A stretch of 63,599 nucleotides of DNA, filler included, from Folioceros fuciformis (taxonomy: Eukaryota): the NCBI GenBank assembly GCA_049999805.1. It is 15 parts of 15 records of this genome, joined end to end, with 100 filler letters (N's around TTAATTAATTAA, not from the genome) between each part and the next. Parts side by side here need not be neighbours in the genome. Positions count along the whole stretch, not along the records: positions 24,122 to 29,624 come from JBNGIO010000522.1; positions 29,725 to 40,237 come from JBNGIO010000523.1; 13 more parts are not named here. The stretch is one strand, 5' to 3'. The notes under the pieces were generated by a model. The model did not search any database. It saw only the letters and a list, made by a program, of their open reading frames with translations, and was not told the DNA's origin. Below, in pieces: positions 24,290 through 36,849 of this stretch. How positions within the stretch are numbered: the stretch's first letter is position 1; every line of letters begins with the position of its first letter. The position numbers and the translations under genes were made by a program.

Positions 24290-26119
24290 GTACTTGTGTA
24301 TTATACACTATGATGTTTAATGTTTAATAAAAATCAATGGCGGAAACATTGCTTGAATAATAAAACATAAACTCGAACATACAAAATTGTTAATGTGTCG
24401 TTTAACCTAAAACTACTTTATAATTGAAATACGAAACGTTGTGTCTCTAGGTATCTAACCTATATTAAGTTACCAGCTTATCTAATTAGAGTACCATCAA
24501 TTCTGAGCTCGCGCGTGCCTGTTTTACATGCTGGTGCCGAGAATTGGCCAAGATTGCTACTCCCATTGAATCTCTGCAGGCTTCTGAGGATATTGCTGCA
24601 AAATCCAGTAGATTGTTGATCCTTCTTGCCCTGTGATGACAACGCTGTTGTAGTGCGGCTTGTTCCTCAACCAGCTATTGTAATCAAGCGGATTCATCCG
24701 CTGTAGGATGGAGGAAGGACATGATCTTGTCTCTATTGTCACCTGCTGCCCAAGGGATCTATCTTTGTTCAAGGGCTGCTCACTAGGGGAAACATGTATG
24801 ATCTAGGCAATCCAAGAGCGTAGTACTGCCAAGAGATGAGTTCTAGCATATAGTCTGCACACTTTTGTTGTGTTTTGCTATGAACTGAGTTGGAAATTTA
24901 CCGAGTGCTGACTTGTGTGTGTGCCTTATTTTACAGGAGCTATGAAGTGATACAATCGCCATCATATCTGGATTACGATGTAGAAGCTTGAGATAGACCT
25001 CAATGAAGATGAGTTGTACCAAGTTGAGTTAGAAAGTGACGACGAAGAAGACACTGTCTACTTATCCACTAACACATGTGACTTTGAATATGTTGAAGCT
25101 AATTGACTTAGCTTTACCTCCACTACCGGGATAGCTGGTGAAATTGCTCATCATTTAGTCACTTGATTTGCTGAATAGTCCACCACGCTGAGATTTTCCT
25201 TATGAGTGTGGTGTTTCTCCTTTGAGAGTGGTTTAGTCAGCAAGTCAGCTGAGTTCTCGTCTGTCTTACAGTATTCTAGCTTGATCTCCTTGTTACTAAC
25301 TTTGTCCCTTATAAAATGGTGGTGCACTTCCACATGTTTGGTCCGTGTATGATATATAGGGTTTCTAGCAAAAGCCAACGCTGATTGGTTATTACATAAA
25401 AGGAGAGAAGGTTCAGACTGAGGCTGCTGAAGATCCTTAAGTAATCTTCTTAACCAGATAGCTTCTTTAGTTGCTTGTGTCAATGCTTAGTATTCAGCCT
25501 CCGTTGATGATAGTGAGACTGAGGTTTGCTTTTTACTCAACCAGGTGACCATTCCTCTAGCCAACTTGAAACAATATGCGGAAATTGATTTTCTTGTATC
25601 AGGGTTAGCAGCTCAATCCACATCGCAGTAACCAAGTAGGCTGAGCTTTTCTCCTTCCTTCCTTCTGTAGTAGATTATGCCAGGGCTAGCAGTTGCTTTT
25701 AGGTACCTTAATATTCTTTTAACAACTGACCAATGTATTGGTCTAGGATTGCTAAGAAACTATGCCACTGCACTCACTAGCTGCGAAATATCACATCTAC
25801 AATTATTTGAGAAGTAATTTAAAGAGCCTACCACTTGGCTATAAGGTACGCTAAGCATTAGTTTGATTTCTTCTTCAGTCCAAGGGGACTATTCTTTGCT
25901 GAGTTTAATTCGAGTGGCCATAGGTGTACTAGCAGGCTTAGCATCAGCCATATTGTATCTTGTTAGCATTGTTTTTATCTAAGTTTCTTGATGTATAGTT
26001 ACAATGCCTGCATTTCTATCATGCTGAAAGTGTGTGCCTAAACACCAATGTAACTCACCTAGGTCATACATTTTGAACTCTTGTGAAAGCATGTGATTAA
26101 CTCTCATCAATAGAGGCAT
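24290..26119 (-). mobile_element. Ty1/copia RT end and RNase H, with ~0.85-kb 3' insert
   Basis: FKMYDLGELHWCLG; KEAIWLRRLL..CNNQSALAFARNPIYHTRTKHVE..ADLLTK, stop at 25151. PPT position (~24280-24290) is tentative. Confidence 0.8.
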
Positions 26120-28314
26120 TGTTAAGAAATTACATGTAGATGTAGATTTATTATAAAAATAACATTGTATATATTCAAGAAAAGAGAGTAAGTAAAACAT
26201 TGAAATTTAAACTTAACTATTCATGAATGGGTGTGACTATTCATAACAGTGGTAACCCTAGCAAAGAGGTAAGCCATTTTAAACTATACACACAATATGA
26301 AACTAGATATAATATAACCCTAATCTCATTATGCCAACATCAATACTCCTTCACTCCCACTTGTTGGATTATGACGATTCAGACGTCTCCTCTTCGCCTT
26401 CTCTAACTTGGGTCGAATGTGAGATTGTGAGTTGAGCTGAGTTGAAAGCTTTGCTGTGTGTATGTATTGGGTTGAGCCGACACCTTTGCCTTTAAAGAAA
26501 CGTGATGGAGCATATATGTACAAACTTGGGCAGCAGGTGCGTTGCGACCCTTACAGCATCCCTCTTCACTTCAAGTCCTTTATTTGTGAGCTGTTGGGGC
26601 GTAGGATCTCTAAGCTCAAGATGTCGTCCTCAGCTACTGATTCCCCTCTTGCAAAGCAACGCGTCTGCCATCGTGACAATCTAGGGCGGTTTGTGAGCAA
26701 ACCGACTAGAACAGCCGTCTCCTCTCAATAGCAAGGACCAGCAAAGATGCCTGCTCCTCGTACTCAAGGTGGCAGCAGCGGAAGGCGTTCACGAGGAAGG
26801 CCACATGGCACCACCAAAGCTTTTCTTGATCAGCGGCGCTCATCAGAGGCTACAGCCTGTAAGACAAAGGTTGGCGCTGCGTGTAAGGCAGCTCCCTGCA
26901 AGATGGCTACCCCTAAAGAGAAGTCTCTTTCAAGGGATCATTGTGACAAGCTCCGCTTCAAAGCTGGTGAGTTTGCGTATGCTGATTCTGACTATAAGCC
27001 TGCTGTGCCAATAAGATTTCCAGTTCCAACACACTCTGATGAGGAAACCAAGATTGTGAGCCTTGGTTCTTTTGCTATTCCTTGTACCCCTCTGTGATAT
27101 AAGTGCCCTTACACCCACCTGAAGATGGTGCGAGTGAGGATAGAACACTGCCGCGAGTTTGAGTGCCATGTGGTTAGCTTTTATAGTAAGTGTGCCTTGT
27201 CTACTGTTTATGCCAGCATCCCCGTTGCTTTCTTCTCATAGTTCCCTAATAAGCTCCCACTTGCCCTGCAAGATTTAAATTAAGGTTGGAGGAAGAGCAC
27301 AACCTTGAGACTGAGGAGAGGATCTCTTACATGGAGCGTAGGAAGAGAAACTCTCCAAGATCGGATGAGAGCTTCACCACTCCTTCTGAACATGTCCTTG
27401 ATTCCTCTGAGCTTGATTCCTTTGGCAGTCGTGCAAGTGTGGCTGTAAATAGTGTGGAAGAAAACAGCGTAGACTAGGGATATGACTAGTAGTTTGGGTC
27501 ACTAAACTGCAAGACTGAGGAAGTCACTTGGCTTCCCCATTCTAAGACATTTCAAGTGCCTCTCGTGCAGCTCCCTACCTAGGGCTTTTGTCATAATGTC
27601 TGCTGGATTTTCTATTGTTGGCACATACTCGAGTATAACCTGTCCACTCTTGATCAAATCTCTGATGAAATGATACTCCACCTCAATGTGTTTTGTCCGT
27701 GAGTGATGCACAGGGTTTTGCGCAAGGTTTATAGAACCCTGACTGTCTGTTTTGATCACTGTGCAGGTGGGGAGAGGTAGTCCGAGTTCACTGAAGAGCA
27801 GCTTGCACCAAGCAATTTCTTCAAAAGCGGTTGTGAGGACACGGTACTCTGCTTCTATGCTTGAAAGAGCAACCGTTGGTTGCTTCTTGCTGGACCAACA
27901 GATTGGTCCCCCAGCAAACATGACGATATATCCAGAGACAAATCTTCTACTATCTATGTCACCAGCGTAGTTTGAATCAGTATATACATCTAGTTCAAGG
28001 GTGGCATCAGGTTTGTGTTTGTAAACGATTCCATAATGTGCTGTACCCTTTAAGTATTGAAATACCCTTTTAACACAAGTCTAGTGCTCCTGTGCAAGGT
28101 TTTCTAAGTATTGTGAAACCACACTTGTGGAATATGCCACTTCAGGACGAGCAGTGTTTGCTGCATATATGAGCTTTCCTATTGCCTTGCGGTAAGGGAT
28201 AGGAAGCATTTTGTCCTTTTCAGCTTGCGTTTGTGGACTCATGGATTTGCTGAGCTTAAGTCCACTTGGTAATGGTGTGACTGCAGGCTTCGCATCCTTG
28301 AGTCCAAGCTGGTC
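26120..28314 (-). mobile_element. Ty1/copia RT end and RNase H, ~1.14-kb 3' insert, PPT (26345-26362) and AT-rich LTR sequence
   Basis: WSSKKQPTVALSSIEAEY..DSQGSINLAQNPVHHSRTKHIE..ADIMTK, stop at 27502. PPT AAGTGGGAGTGAAGGAG. Confidence 0.85.
26621..27477 (+). pseudogene. Putative spliced antisense accessory gene inside the copia 3' insert (exons 26621-27185 and 27242-27477; 266 codons, 4 premature stops)
   Basis: GTAAGT...TTCTTCTCATAG intron joins two ORF-track frames in phase. All four stops (TAG, TGA, TAA, TAA) are one C>T change from sense codons. Confidence 0.55.
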
Positions 28315-29624
28315 TGTGCTATCAAGCAGGTAAAGCGGAGCAAGATGCTAGATTGAGCTATGATAATTGAATTGCTTAATTGAGAACGTTGTACATATAG
28401 TATCTGGGATGCGGTTGTAACCGCGGTACTGTCGAGTGCTAGCATAACTGGCAGAACTGCTCTTCAGCAACTAAAACATTTATCTACCTATGCACGAAAC
28501 CTGCCCTAATAACTCTTGGGTACTAAAGCCCAATCCGTGGCGCCAGAGTTTCTACTCCAACACTCCCCCTCACTGCGGATTCCAGCTTGCTGTGATGGCG
28601 TCGATCTCCCACACGTGTCTCAACCTCGTCCTCGATCTTCCAGGTGCAGAGGTGGAAGGTCGAAGTAGCAGAAGCAGGTTGCTGGCAGTGGTGGAGCAGA
28701 GTCGTGTTGTCGGAACTATGGACCTCCCCCTTTCTGTGCACTGGCAGCTGCGAAGGGAATGCTCAGATAAAATTCTCTGCTCACTAGTCCGATGCCTGAA
28801 GTTCAATATGCTTGTCGTGAAGTGGCTAGGGTAGGCCCTTCGTCAACAGATCGATGGTGTTGTCCTTCGTGTTGATGTAACTTAAGGCGACTTGCTTGTT
28901 GGCCACCACGTGGCGAATGAAGTGGTGCTGGATCTCCATGTGCTTGGTCCTTGTGTGCAGCACAGGGTTGAGCGTCATAGCTATGGCTGATAAATTGTCG
29001 CAAAATAGCTATGTGGGCTGATCCTGGTCCTTGCCTATATCATGCAGGAATTGCCTCACCCATAGAATCTCTTTGGTGCCAACGTTGTTGCCGCGTACTC
29101 CGCTTCCATTGATGAGGTACAGATCGTTTGCATCTTCTTACACGCCCATGACACTGTACAGCCATTGATGGCTGTGGAGTAGTTTGTTGTAGATCTTCTC
29201 ATTTCTGGATCTCCAGCCCAATCTGCGTCTGAGAACGAGATTAGAGTGAGCTTGGTAGAGCGGTCACCTCTGTAGGTGAGTCCAAAGGACTTGGTCTTCT
29301 TTAGGTAGTGAAGGATGCGCTTAACGCAGGTCCGGTGAGCCTTCCCGGGGTTCGACAGATATCTGGATACCACGTTCACAGCTTGTGCAACGTCGGGTCT
29401 TGTCCATATTGAGAGGTAAAGTAGGCTACCTACTGCCTCATTGTATGGGATGGCAGACATCTCCATTGATTCTTCAGGTGTATTAGGGCAATCTGCTGCA
29501 GATACCTTCTCTCCTGATGCCACTGGAGTTGATACCGGCTTCGCGTCCTTCATGTTGAATCTCTCCAGCAATTGATCTACATAATGTTCTTGATGGATGA
29601 AGAAAGAGTGGTCCTCCTTGTTGT
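28315..29624 (-). mobile_element. Ty1/copia RT-RNase H end with PPT and 3' LTR (28315-28562), nested in another copia
   Basis: IPYNEAVGSLLYLSIWTRPDVAQAV..FSDADWAGD. Minus-strand GTGAGGGGGAG PPT, then TGTTGGAG...GCACA. Confidence 0.85.
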
Positions 29625-29724
29625 NNNNNNNNNNNNNNNNNNNNNNNNNNNNNNNNNNNNNNNNNNNNTTAATTAATTAANNNNNNNNNNNNNNNNNNNN
29701 NNNNNNNNNNNNNNNNNNNNNNNN

Positions 29725-29921
29725 ATAGCAAGGGAGCTCAAGGGGGTATTTATACCCTCTAGAAGAGCTCCCTAGGAAGCTTTACAAGAAGCGCACAGGA
29801 AGTTGCGGAAGAAGCTTCCTACAAATTAGCTTAAGCTAATCTAAACTAATGATACTTAACTAAACACTAATCTTAGACTAAACACATTAGTCTAAGCACA
29901 TTGGGCTTTAATAACCCTACA
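29725..29921 (-). mobile_element. Tork-like copia LTR 5' portion, inserted into another copia
   Basis: Reverse complement of 18895-19080. Confidence 0.9.
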
Positions 29922-32888
29922 GTAAGAATCGCGCGCTTCGTTGGGGAGGCACTCAAGTGAGGACTTGAGGTAATCTGTCCCATCTGAGGAGAATGTATAA
30001 AGTTGGAAGTGAATGAAGCTTGTTCGAGATTGTCACAGACTTTCTTGCTTGGTTGTATTATCCTGGTAGAACGTCGAAGTGCAGGGGGCTCTTTAACCGG
30101 TAAGAGCAAATCCGGAGGGTGAGTAACGTCTTCAGCGAGAAAAGGAAAATCAGGTTCATCCCGATCACAAATAGTGTCACTGCTAGATGGCAAAACGGGG
30201 TTAGGAGGTTGAGCAATTGGTGGAGTAGCAAGAGCGGCCACGATGTGCAAGGGGGCAGGAGGTAGCATAGCAGCAGCTGGAGGGATAGGCGCAGGCAGCA
30301 CGGGCACAACTGGAGGGGTTGGCAGCTGGGCAACAGCTGCTGGCGCTAGGGCTTGACGGGGTGATAGAATCTCCCACTCATCCTCGCCCCAAGCGCTAGA
30401 GCTCAAATCATCCCCTTGAGTAGAATCTGGAGAAAATACGTCACTCGAGGAAGATACTTTCACAATTACAGGAGAGGTTAAGAGCGGCTGCTCATTAAAT
30501 ATGACGTCACAAGCAAAGACGAGACGTTGAGAGTCCTTCAAGTAAATACGGTATGCCTTCACGGTCTCACCATATCCGAGTAAGATACCTTCCTGAGACT
30601 TGGAATCCAATTTCCTACGAAGGGCCTTGGGAACATGGACATAGGCCTCACATCCAAAAATACGGAGATGACTGAGATTAGGCTTACGGAGGCTCCAAGC
30701 TTCATACGGGGTAACCCCTCGACTGCCTTCGTAGGTAGTCGATTCAGAAGGTAGTTTGCTGTGTTAAGAGATTCAGCCCAAAAATGATTTGAGAGGGATG
30801 CATGCTTCAACATGGACCTACCCATCTCAACTTGAGTCCTATAGCGCCTTTCAGTGACTTCATTTTGCTCGGGTGTATGGGGAACAGTAGTCTGTCTAAT
30901 AATACCATGTGATAGACAATGGTGATTAAAAGCAGCATTGTTAAACTCCTCACCACCATCACTTCTAAGGATCTTGACCTTTCTATTCGACTGAGTTTCT
31001 ACTTCTGATTGCCAAGAGCAGAAAGTAGAAAATGTATCTGACTTGGTCGACAGATAATACACCCATCCATAACGGGTGTGGTCATCAATAAAGGTAACTT
31101 GATAGAGCGAACCCTGCAAGGAAGGGGTCTGCATGGGGCCTAGAAGATCTGTATGAATTAGACCTAGGGGTTCAGGGCTTCTATGGGAACCAACACTTCT
31201 TCCTCTGTTGTTTGCCCAAGGCGCAGCTTGGGCAAAAAGTAAGGTCTACAACAGACTTCAACGGGAAACCTACCATGTAGTAAAGCTCTCATCCTTTGTG
31301 CAAACGGCATGCCCTAACCTGAAGTGCCACAGGTTGCTAGATGGTGAGGACGCAGAAGAGCTAAATGAGGTATTAGGGTGAGTCAAACTACCCACCTCTG
31401 GTTATTGGAGGACATCTTGTGCATGAAAAATGGGACTCGTGCCTAAAACGAACAGTCTGCCAAATCTATGGCATGTAGCCACAAGTTGGTGAGATTGATC
31501 AAACAGAGTGCACTTGTTAGGGGCAAACACGAAGGTAAAACCGGCCTCAAGTGCTTGCCCAACAGAGATGAGATTCTTACTCAAATGAGGAACGAACAAT
31601 ACATCATGGAGCTCTCTTACCTGTGCATCGGGTAAGGTAATAGCAACAGTACCTGTGCCTCGGATTGCACGCCGGGAATCATCACCAAGATACACATAAC
31701 TCTCAACAGTGTTAGGGTGAAAAGAGACAAACCACTCTCTGTGCCCAGTCACGTGCTGGGTCGCTCCAAAATCAATGAACCAGGTGTAAGAATCCAAGGT
31801 GATGTTCAAGCAGACAACGAAGAGGTGGGCACCGTGGGTGGCGCTACTAGAAGATTGATTCTTCATGTTTGCAAGCCTCTTGCGACAATCGCGTATGTGG
31901 TGACTAGGCAACTTGCAATAGAAGCAAGTCCCTAGTTTACGCTTTTCATTAGGGTTTTGAGGAGGGGGTGCACCCCTGCTGGGAAAGCCACGCGAAGGAT
32001 GTCCTCTGAAGGGGACAGATCTTCCAGTGCCAGTACTGTAAAGGGCAATGCCCTTACACATGGAGGGATCGCCTCCTTTATGGCGCTGCTCCTCTTGCTT
32101 TAACAGCGCAATTGTCTCATCCAGGGGCTTGTGGTTGGCAGTCTGTGTCATGACCAAAGCAAACCACGAGGGTGTCATGGATTGGAGCATCTGCACCGAG
32201 GCATCATGGTCAGACACAGTGGTGCTTGCGAGTTCCATCGCATCCTTGAGGTTCATAAAGATGTTTATGAAGTGCTCAACGGATTCAAACTCCGCCATTC
32301 TTAGATTGTAGAACTTTCTTGTCAAGTAGCCCTTGTTGATAGTGTTGTCAAACACATACTTGCTCTTCATGCAGTCCCAGACCTCCTTGGAAGTCAGTAA
32401 GTGCCTCACAAGGTTCATCTGTGTGTCTCTCATGTGGAGCATCAGATTTGCATGAGCTTTTCTGTCCTTAAGGTCCCAGTCTAATTTACTACCGGGTCCA
32501 TTTGCAGATGTGTGGTGTATCGTTCCACCTGGGGTTGCAGGTGGAGTGAGAGGGCGCTTCTCACTCCTGTCGACGACACTAAAGAGGTCTTCTCGCAGGA
32601 GAAACACCTCAATCTTCCTGCTCCAAGAGAGGTAGTTGGACCCATCGAAGAAATTCACCAGTTTGCTAACGGAATCGGAGGACCCCATTGCACAGAAGTT
32701 TCCTGATTACGGGAAGCAAATGTACAAGTGATAACAGGTATGGGTCCAAGGGTTTAGCCTCTTGGATGCAATAGATTGAAAATTGTCATCTGCTGTTTTG
32801 TTGAGCAACTCATCCTTGTACAAAGTTGTCTCAAGTAGCAGTGCATTCTACGCCCGGCTATGGGATCGATGGTACTGCTCTGATACCA
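29922..32888 (-). mobile_element. Ty1/copia gag-protease-integrase with PBS (32877-32888)
   Basis: 428-aa ORF with FDGSNYLSWS, CFYCKLPSHHIRDC and WFIDFGATQH. Integrase VTFIDDHTR..LRSDGGEE..PEQNEVTER. TGGTATCAGAGC on the minus strand. Confidence 0.92.
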
Positions 32889-33752
32889 TATAAAAAGTAT
32901 GCAGGGTCATGAGAATCATCAGAACGGGTAATTACACTCCGTAGTGTTTTCGCTTAAAAGAATGTCTCAGCCCGTAGGCTGTTGGTGTGCAAGCTTGTGC
33001 CTGTTCGAGTTCAAGAGACACGACTCTTCAGCCAGGTCTAACGGAATGCCTAACTTGTTATTGCATTGCTTGACCATAGCCATGAAGGCTACGGGTATAA
33101 GGCCATTCACTTTCGTGATCAATCTGACGTATGCATCCACCGGGTCACACGAGACTGCATGCCTAAGCCATGTAGGCAACATGTTCATGGTAGAGCAGTG
33201 GATGACGTGAGGTTCAGATGAAGGCAACTTCTCTTCCGGGTGGCCTGAAGTGCTCAAGGACGTCCGGCGTCTTTCTCTCACGGCTAAACTTTAATCGTTT
33301 GCTATAGGCATAGAGAATGGAAGACAAATGGCTCAGAAAGGGGCAATATTGCCCAGCCTTCGAAGGGGCAATGTTCGAGCAGTACAGATATGTCCAGGCC
33401 GAAACATGCGTGATACCCCAGGCTTTTTGCAATAAAAAAAGTGATCACACTTCACCACCAAGGCACTTCACTACCACTTTGTTGGGAGAAGGGGATGGAC
33501 TTCGCACTCACGGCAAAGTGAAAAAGCTGTCTTTTGTCAGAAAGAACAAGGTGATCCCAAACCCGGCCACTGCGGTCCAAACCATCATGATGGCAAATAC
33601 AGTATGCCGCGTTGGCTAGAGGCCTCGAGAAGAGGATAGTGGGAACGAAGAGACTGGATAGCAGGAACACCAGGCCCTGAGGAGGGGATTAAGTGACAGA
33701 GAGAAGCATCCCTTAGTCACTATGTCCACATGTTGAAGAGAAGTGTTACTCA

Positions 33753-35781
33753 CTAATAGAGATGGAGTGGCAAGCGAGGGGTTGGAACTACTCTAAGGTG
33801 ACGCTTCATTGGCACAGCCAGTCCAAATTGGTCAGACATGTCTACGTCTTCTGGTTTTTGGCCTTGAGGGAGACTCCAGTCGAAGCTGTGGAGCAGCTTA
33901 GCAAGGAAGAAGCTGGATACAGTCATGCCCATAGCAGCGGCAGGGCAGCTCCTCCTGCCGCTTCCAAAAGGGAGCATGTCGAAGTTTTGTCCTCTGATAT
34001 CAATGTCTCTGTACAGGACGGCAGCAAGCCGATGAACGCAGATGCGATACAGAACATCAGACTAGTAAGCAGACTGTGAGCCTTCATGATCTAAGCAAGG
34101 GGAACCATTTGATGTAGATTAGTTAGACCTACGTACCTTTCAATGAATCTCTCCGGCCGGAATTCTAGAGGATTATCCCAGGCGTCTGGGCTTCTGTGAA
34201 TGCTCCATGAGCTGACGAAGACAGTGGTGTTGGCAGGAATGTCGTAGTCCCCAAGCTTGCAGTCCTCTGTGGCGTAATGTGGGATAAGGAAGGGAGCAGG
34301 GGGATGCAGCCGCACAGCCTCCTTCCAAACAGCTTGGAGGTAGGTAAGACGGACTACATCCGATTCCTGCAATTGCCGGTCCCGCCCGACAACCGAGTCC
34401 ATTTCTTGCATTGCCTTCCTCATCATCTGCGGGTTACGGAGCAGGTAGGCAAAAGCCCATTCTGCTACCACGACAGAGGGTTCAACTCCAGCGAGCAGAA
34501 TGTCCTGAGCCATGACAACGAGCATGTGAACTTGGTGTGGTGCGACGAGTCCAGGGAGAGACATTCACAGGTCCGTCAGGATGTAACTCAAGCATAAATG
34601 TAGATTCCAATACCGTGAGCATTCCTTTCATGGCCTGATCTTTGTCGACGCCTTCTTCCCCCGGGAGCGTCAGCAGCACATCAACGAAACTCTGTGGTAT
34701 CCAATTCTCGGTTTGTATCATTCGCTGCCTATGTGTGTCAATGATGTTGGACAGGAAGGAGCTCAGCCTACTTCGGAGCTTGCGCATGGCCCTTACGCGG
34801 AATGTATCCAGAAATCCCAGGAAAGGGATGTGGTCCCCTACCATTGGCATTCCCAGCAGCCTGTTGATGTCAGAGATCACCGACATGTACTCAGCTACCT
34901 CCTGCGGATCTACCTGCGCGCCGCCGCCGTTGACAAACACCACAAGAAAAAAACAATAGACGGATCAAATTTAAGGTGGCAAATTTTGCGCACAATTCAG
35001 TTTTCAATTGGAGCAAAGATCGAAGAGAAGCTGTGGAGCTAACCAGATCGGATTTCTGTCCAATTGGCTCTCCATGCTCGAACGCACAGAAGCGCGTGCT
35101 CATCAGCATCCGGGACAAGTTGTTAATGGCTATAGATGTTCCTAAGTCGAAGACGTTCACCTCTCCCGGACTCTTCTGCAACACAAATCTCATTGCAGCC
35201 GCCAGTTCCTCTTCTCTAAACTGCTGGAACCGTTCAAGTCTCTTGGGTGTAAACAGCTCCGTCACCATGATCTTCCTGACAATCCAACGATATATAGGAC
35301 TGGCATAATCCGGCTCCGTTCTGTTCAACTCAATGTCGCTCGGGTTTGCAAACGTAAGTGATCAGGTGGCCTACCTCACATACTGGTGCCTGGATCCGTA
35401 GGCTTGGAATCCGCATGTTCCTTCTTGGAAAGCCAGGTGTCGGTAGGCTTGAAGAGGAGCCCGAGATGCGAAACTACGGTCTTGCACTTTCAGCACCTCT
35501 CTGGCCATGTCCGCAGATGAAATGACGACAGCCAGGTTGGAACCCAGGCGGAGGGACATGACAGGACCGTGCTCCTTGGCCAACTCCCCAAGGCGAGCAT
35601 GTGGCCTTTCAGTTGCGAAAATGGAAAGGTTTCCTATCACTGGCCATGCTGATGGGCCTGGAGGAAGGCGCCGCTTCCTTTTGCCGCAGCTGCTGGACTG
35701 TTTGCCAGGAAAGCCGGCTAAGAGCACGATAGTCAGGAATCCCACGACGATAGTCAGGCCTACTACAACCATCAAGTCCAT
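33753..35781 (-). CDS. Cytochrome P450, A-type/CYP71-clan-like, 5 exons (35781-35375, 35275-35044, 34913-34614, 34504-34137, 34008-33753), 520 aa
   Basis: N-terminal transmembrane anchor plus LPPGPSAWPVIGNL, KEAVRLHPP (ExxR), FRPERF and heme motif PFGSGRRSCPA. Four GT-AG introns (99, 130, 109, 128 nt) give an uninterrupted 1563-nt frame. Intron 3 lies just before the I-helix, the conserved A-type position. Confidence 0.93.
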
Positions 35782-36849
35782 GACGTAACTGCGTCTTGCT
35801 TCCCAATCCTTTCAACCTTACAGCAAAGCAGGGCTCTTTCCGAACCAGGTAAATCAAAACTTTAGCTGGAGAGCTGCATGGGATGATGCCCTTCGTAGCT
35901 CGGAGTCGGGAACCAGCTCTGCTACATCTTCGGGTGAATGGAGCGGGTTGAACAATATGTGGCATAAGGCCCGAACTTCGTACAACCACGAAGGCCTCGG
36001 GGCTTGTTAGCTGATTCTCATTCACATGGGCGGCAATTACTGAAGTGACACAGTCCTAAATGCATTTGGTTTGCCGAGTTCGGCCACACTGTTCCTTAGA
36101 CGCGGAAAAACACAGAGAAAGTGTTGCGGCATGCTTTCTGCAGCATATACCTTACCGACTGTTAAAGTTGTCCATGCTCTTCCTATCACAGGATTGTGTT
36201 TCGAACCACTCCCATGTGCGAGCCTTGAGAACGTGGTCAGCCAGAGATTCTGTAGGCGCTCCCCCATCGAGATTGCTCGAGCTCAAACGAGGAAGATTAG
36301 AATTCCAGTCCCCGACATTGGCAAGTTGTAAGATGCCTCCTCCGTCGTTAGCTCATGGCCCGTTCACATAGGACCCGGCGCTCGGCCTAGGGACACCGTA
36401 AAGATCGGGCAAATTTCGTCTTTTTCGTTTCTTTAACCAAAAGATAAGATGCGCCCTGCGCAGTATGACCTTGCTGTGGCCGCGCCTTGGTCCCATGACC
36501 CGTGATGTTATGATATTAATATTATATTACTAAAATAATATTAGGAGTATACATGAGACTCGTCTCCTCGTTTTCTCCTTCATTTTCCTTTATATGGCTT
36601 CTGCATATTCAAGTCCGTTTTTTTGTTTTATGATGAGTCCTAGATTTGTTCTACGTCTTGTCCTAGACTTGTGTATGTCTTGGCTTGGTTTGCTTGGGGC
36701 CATGGATCTCATGATATTTAATATTTTATTTGATTAGTTTATAAAATATTATATAGAATACATGGACCTATCTAACTAACTTATGTTTTTGTTATTCCTT
36801 GAGTACTTTCATTGGTTAGAGCTTACTTCTTTTATTTAGATATTGAGCA

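Noticed and set aside
29873-29921. Identical C-terminal peptide VGLLKPNVLRLMCLV on several ORFs
   Set aside because: Read-through into the start of the Tork-like LTR, not a protein domain.
32889-33750. ORFs of ~100 aa downstream of the P450
   Set aside because: No motifs or splice support; likely 3' UTR or intergenic.
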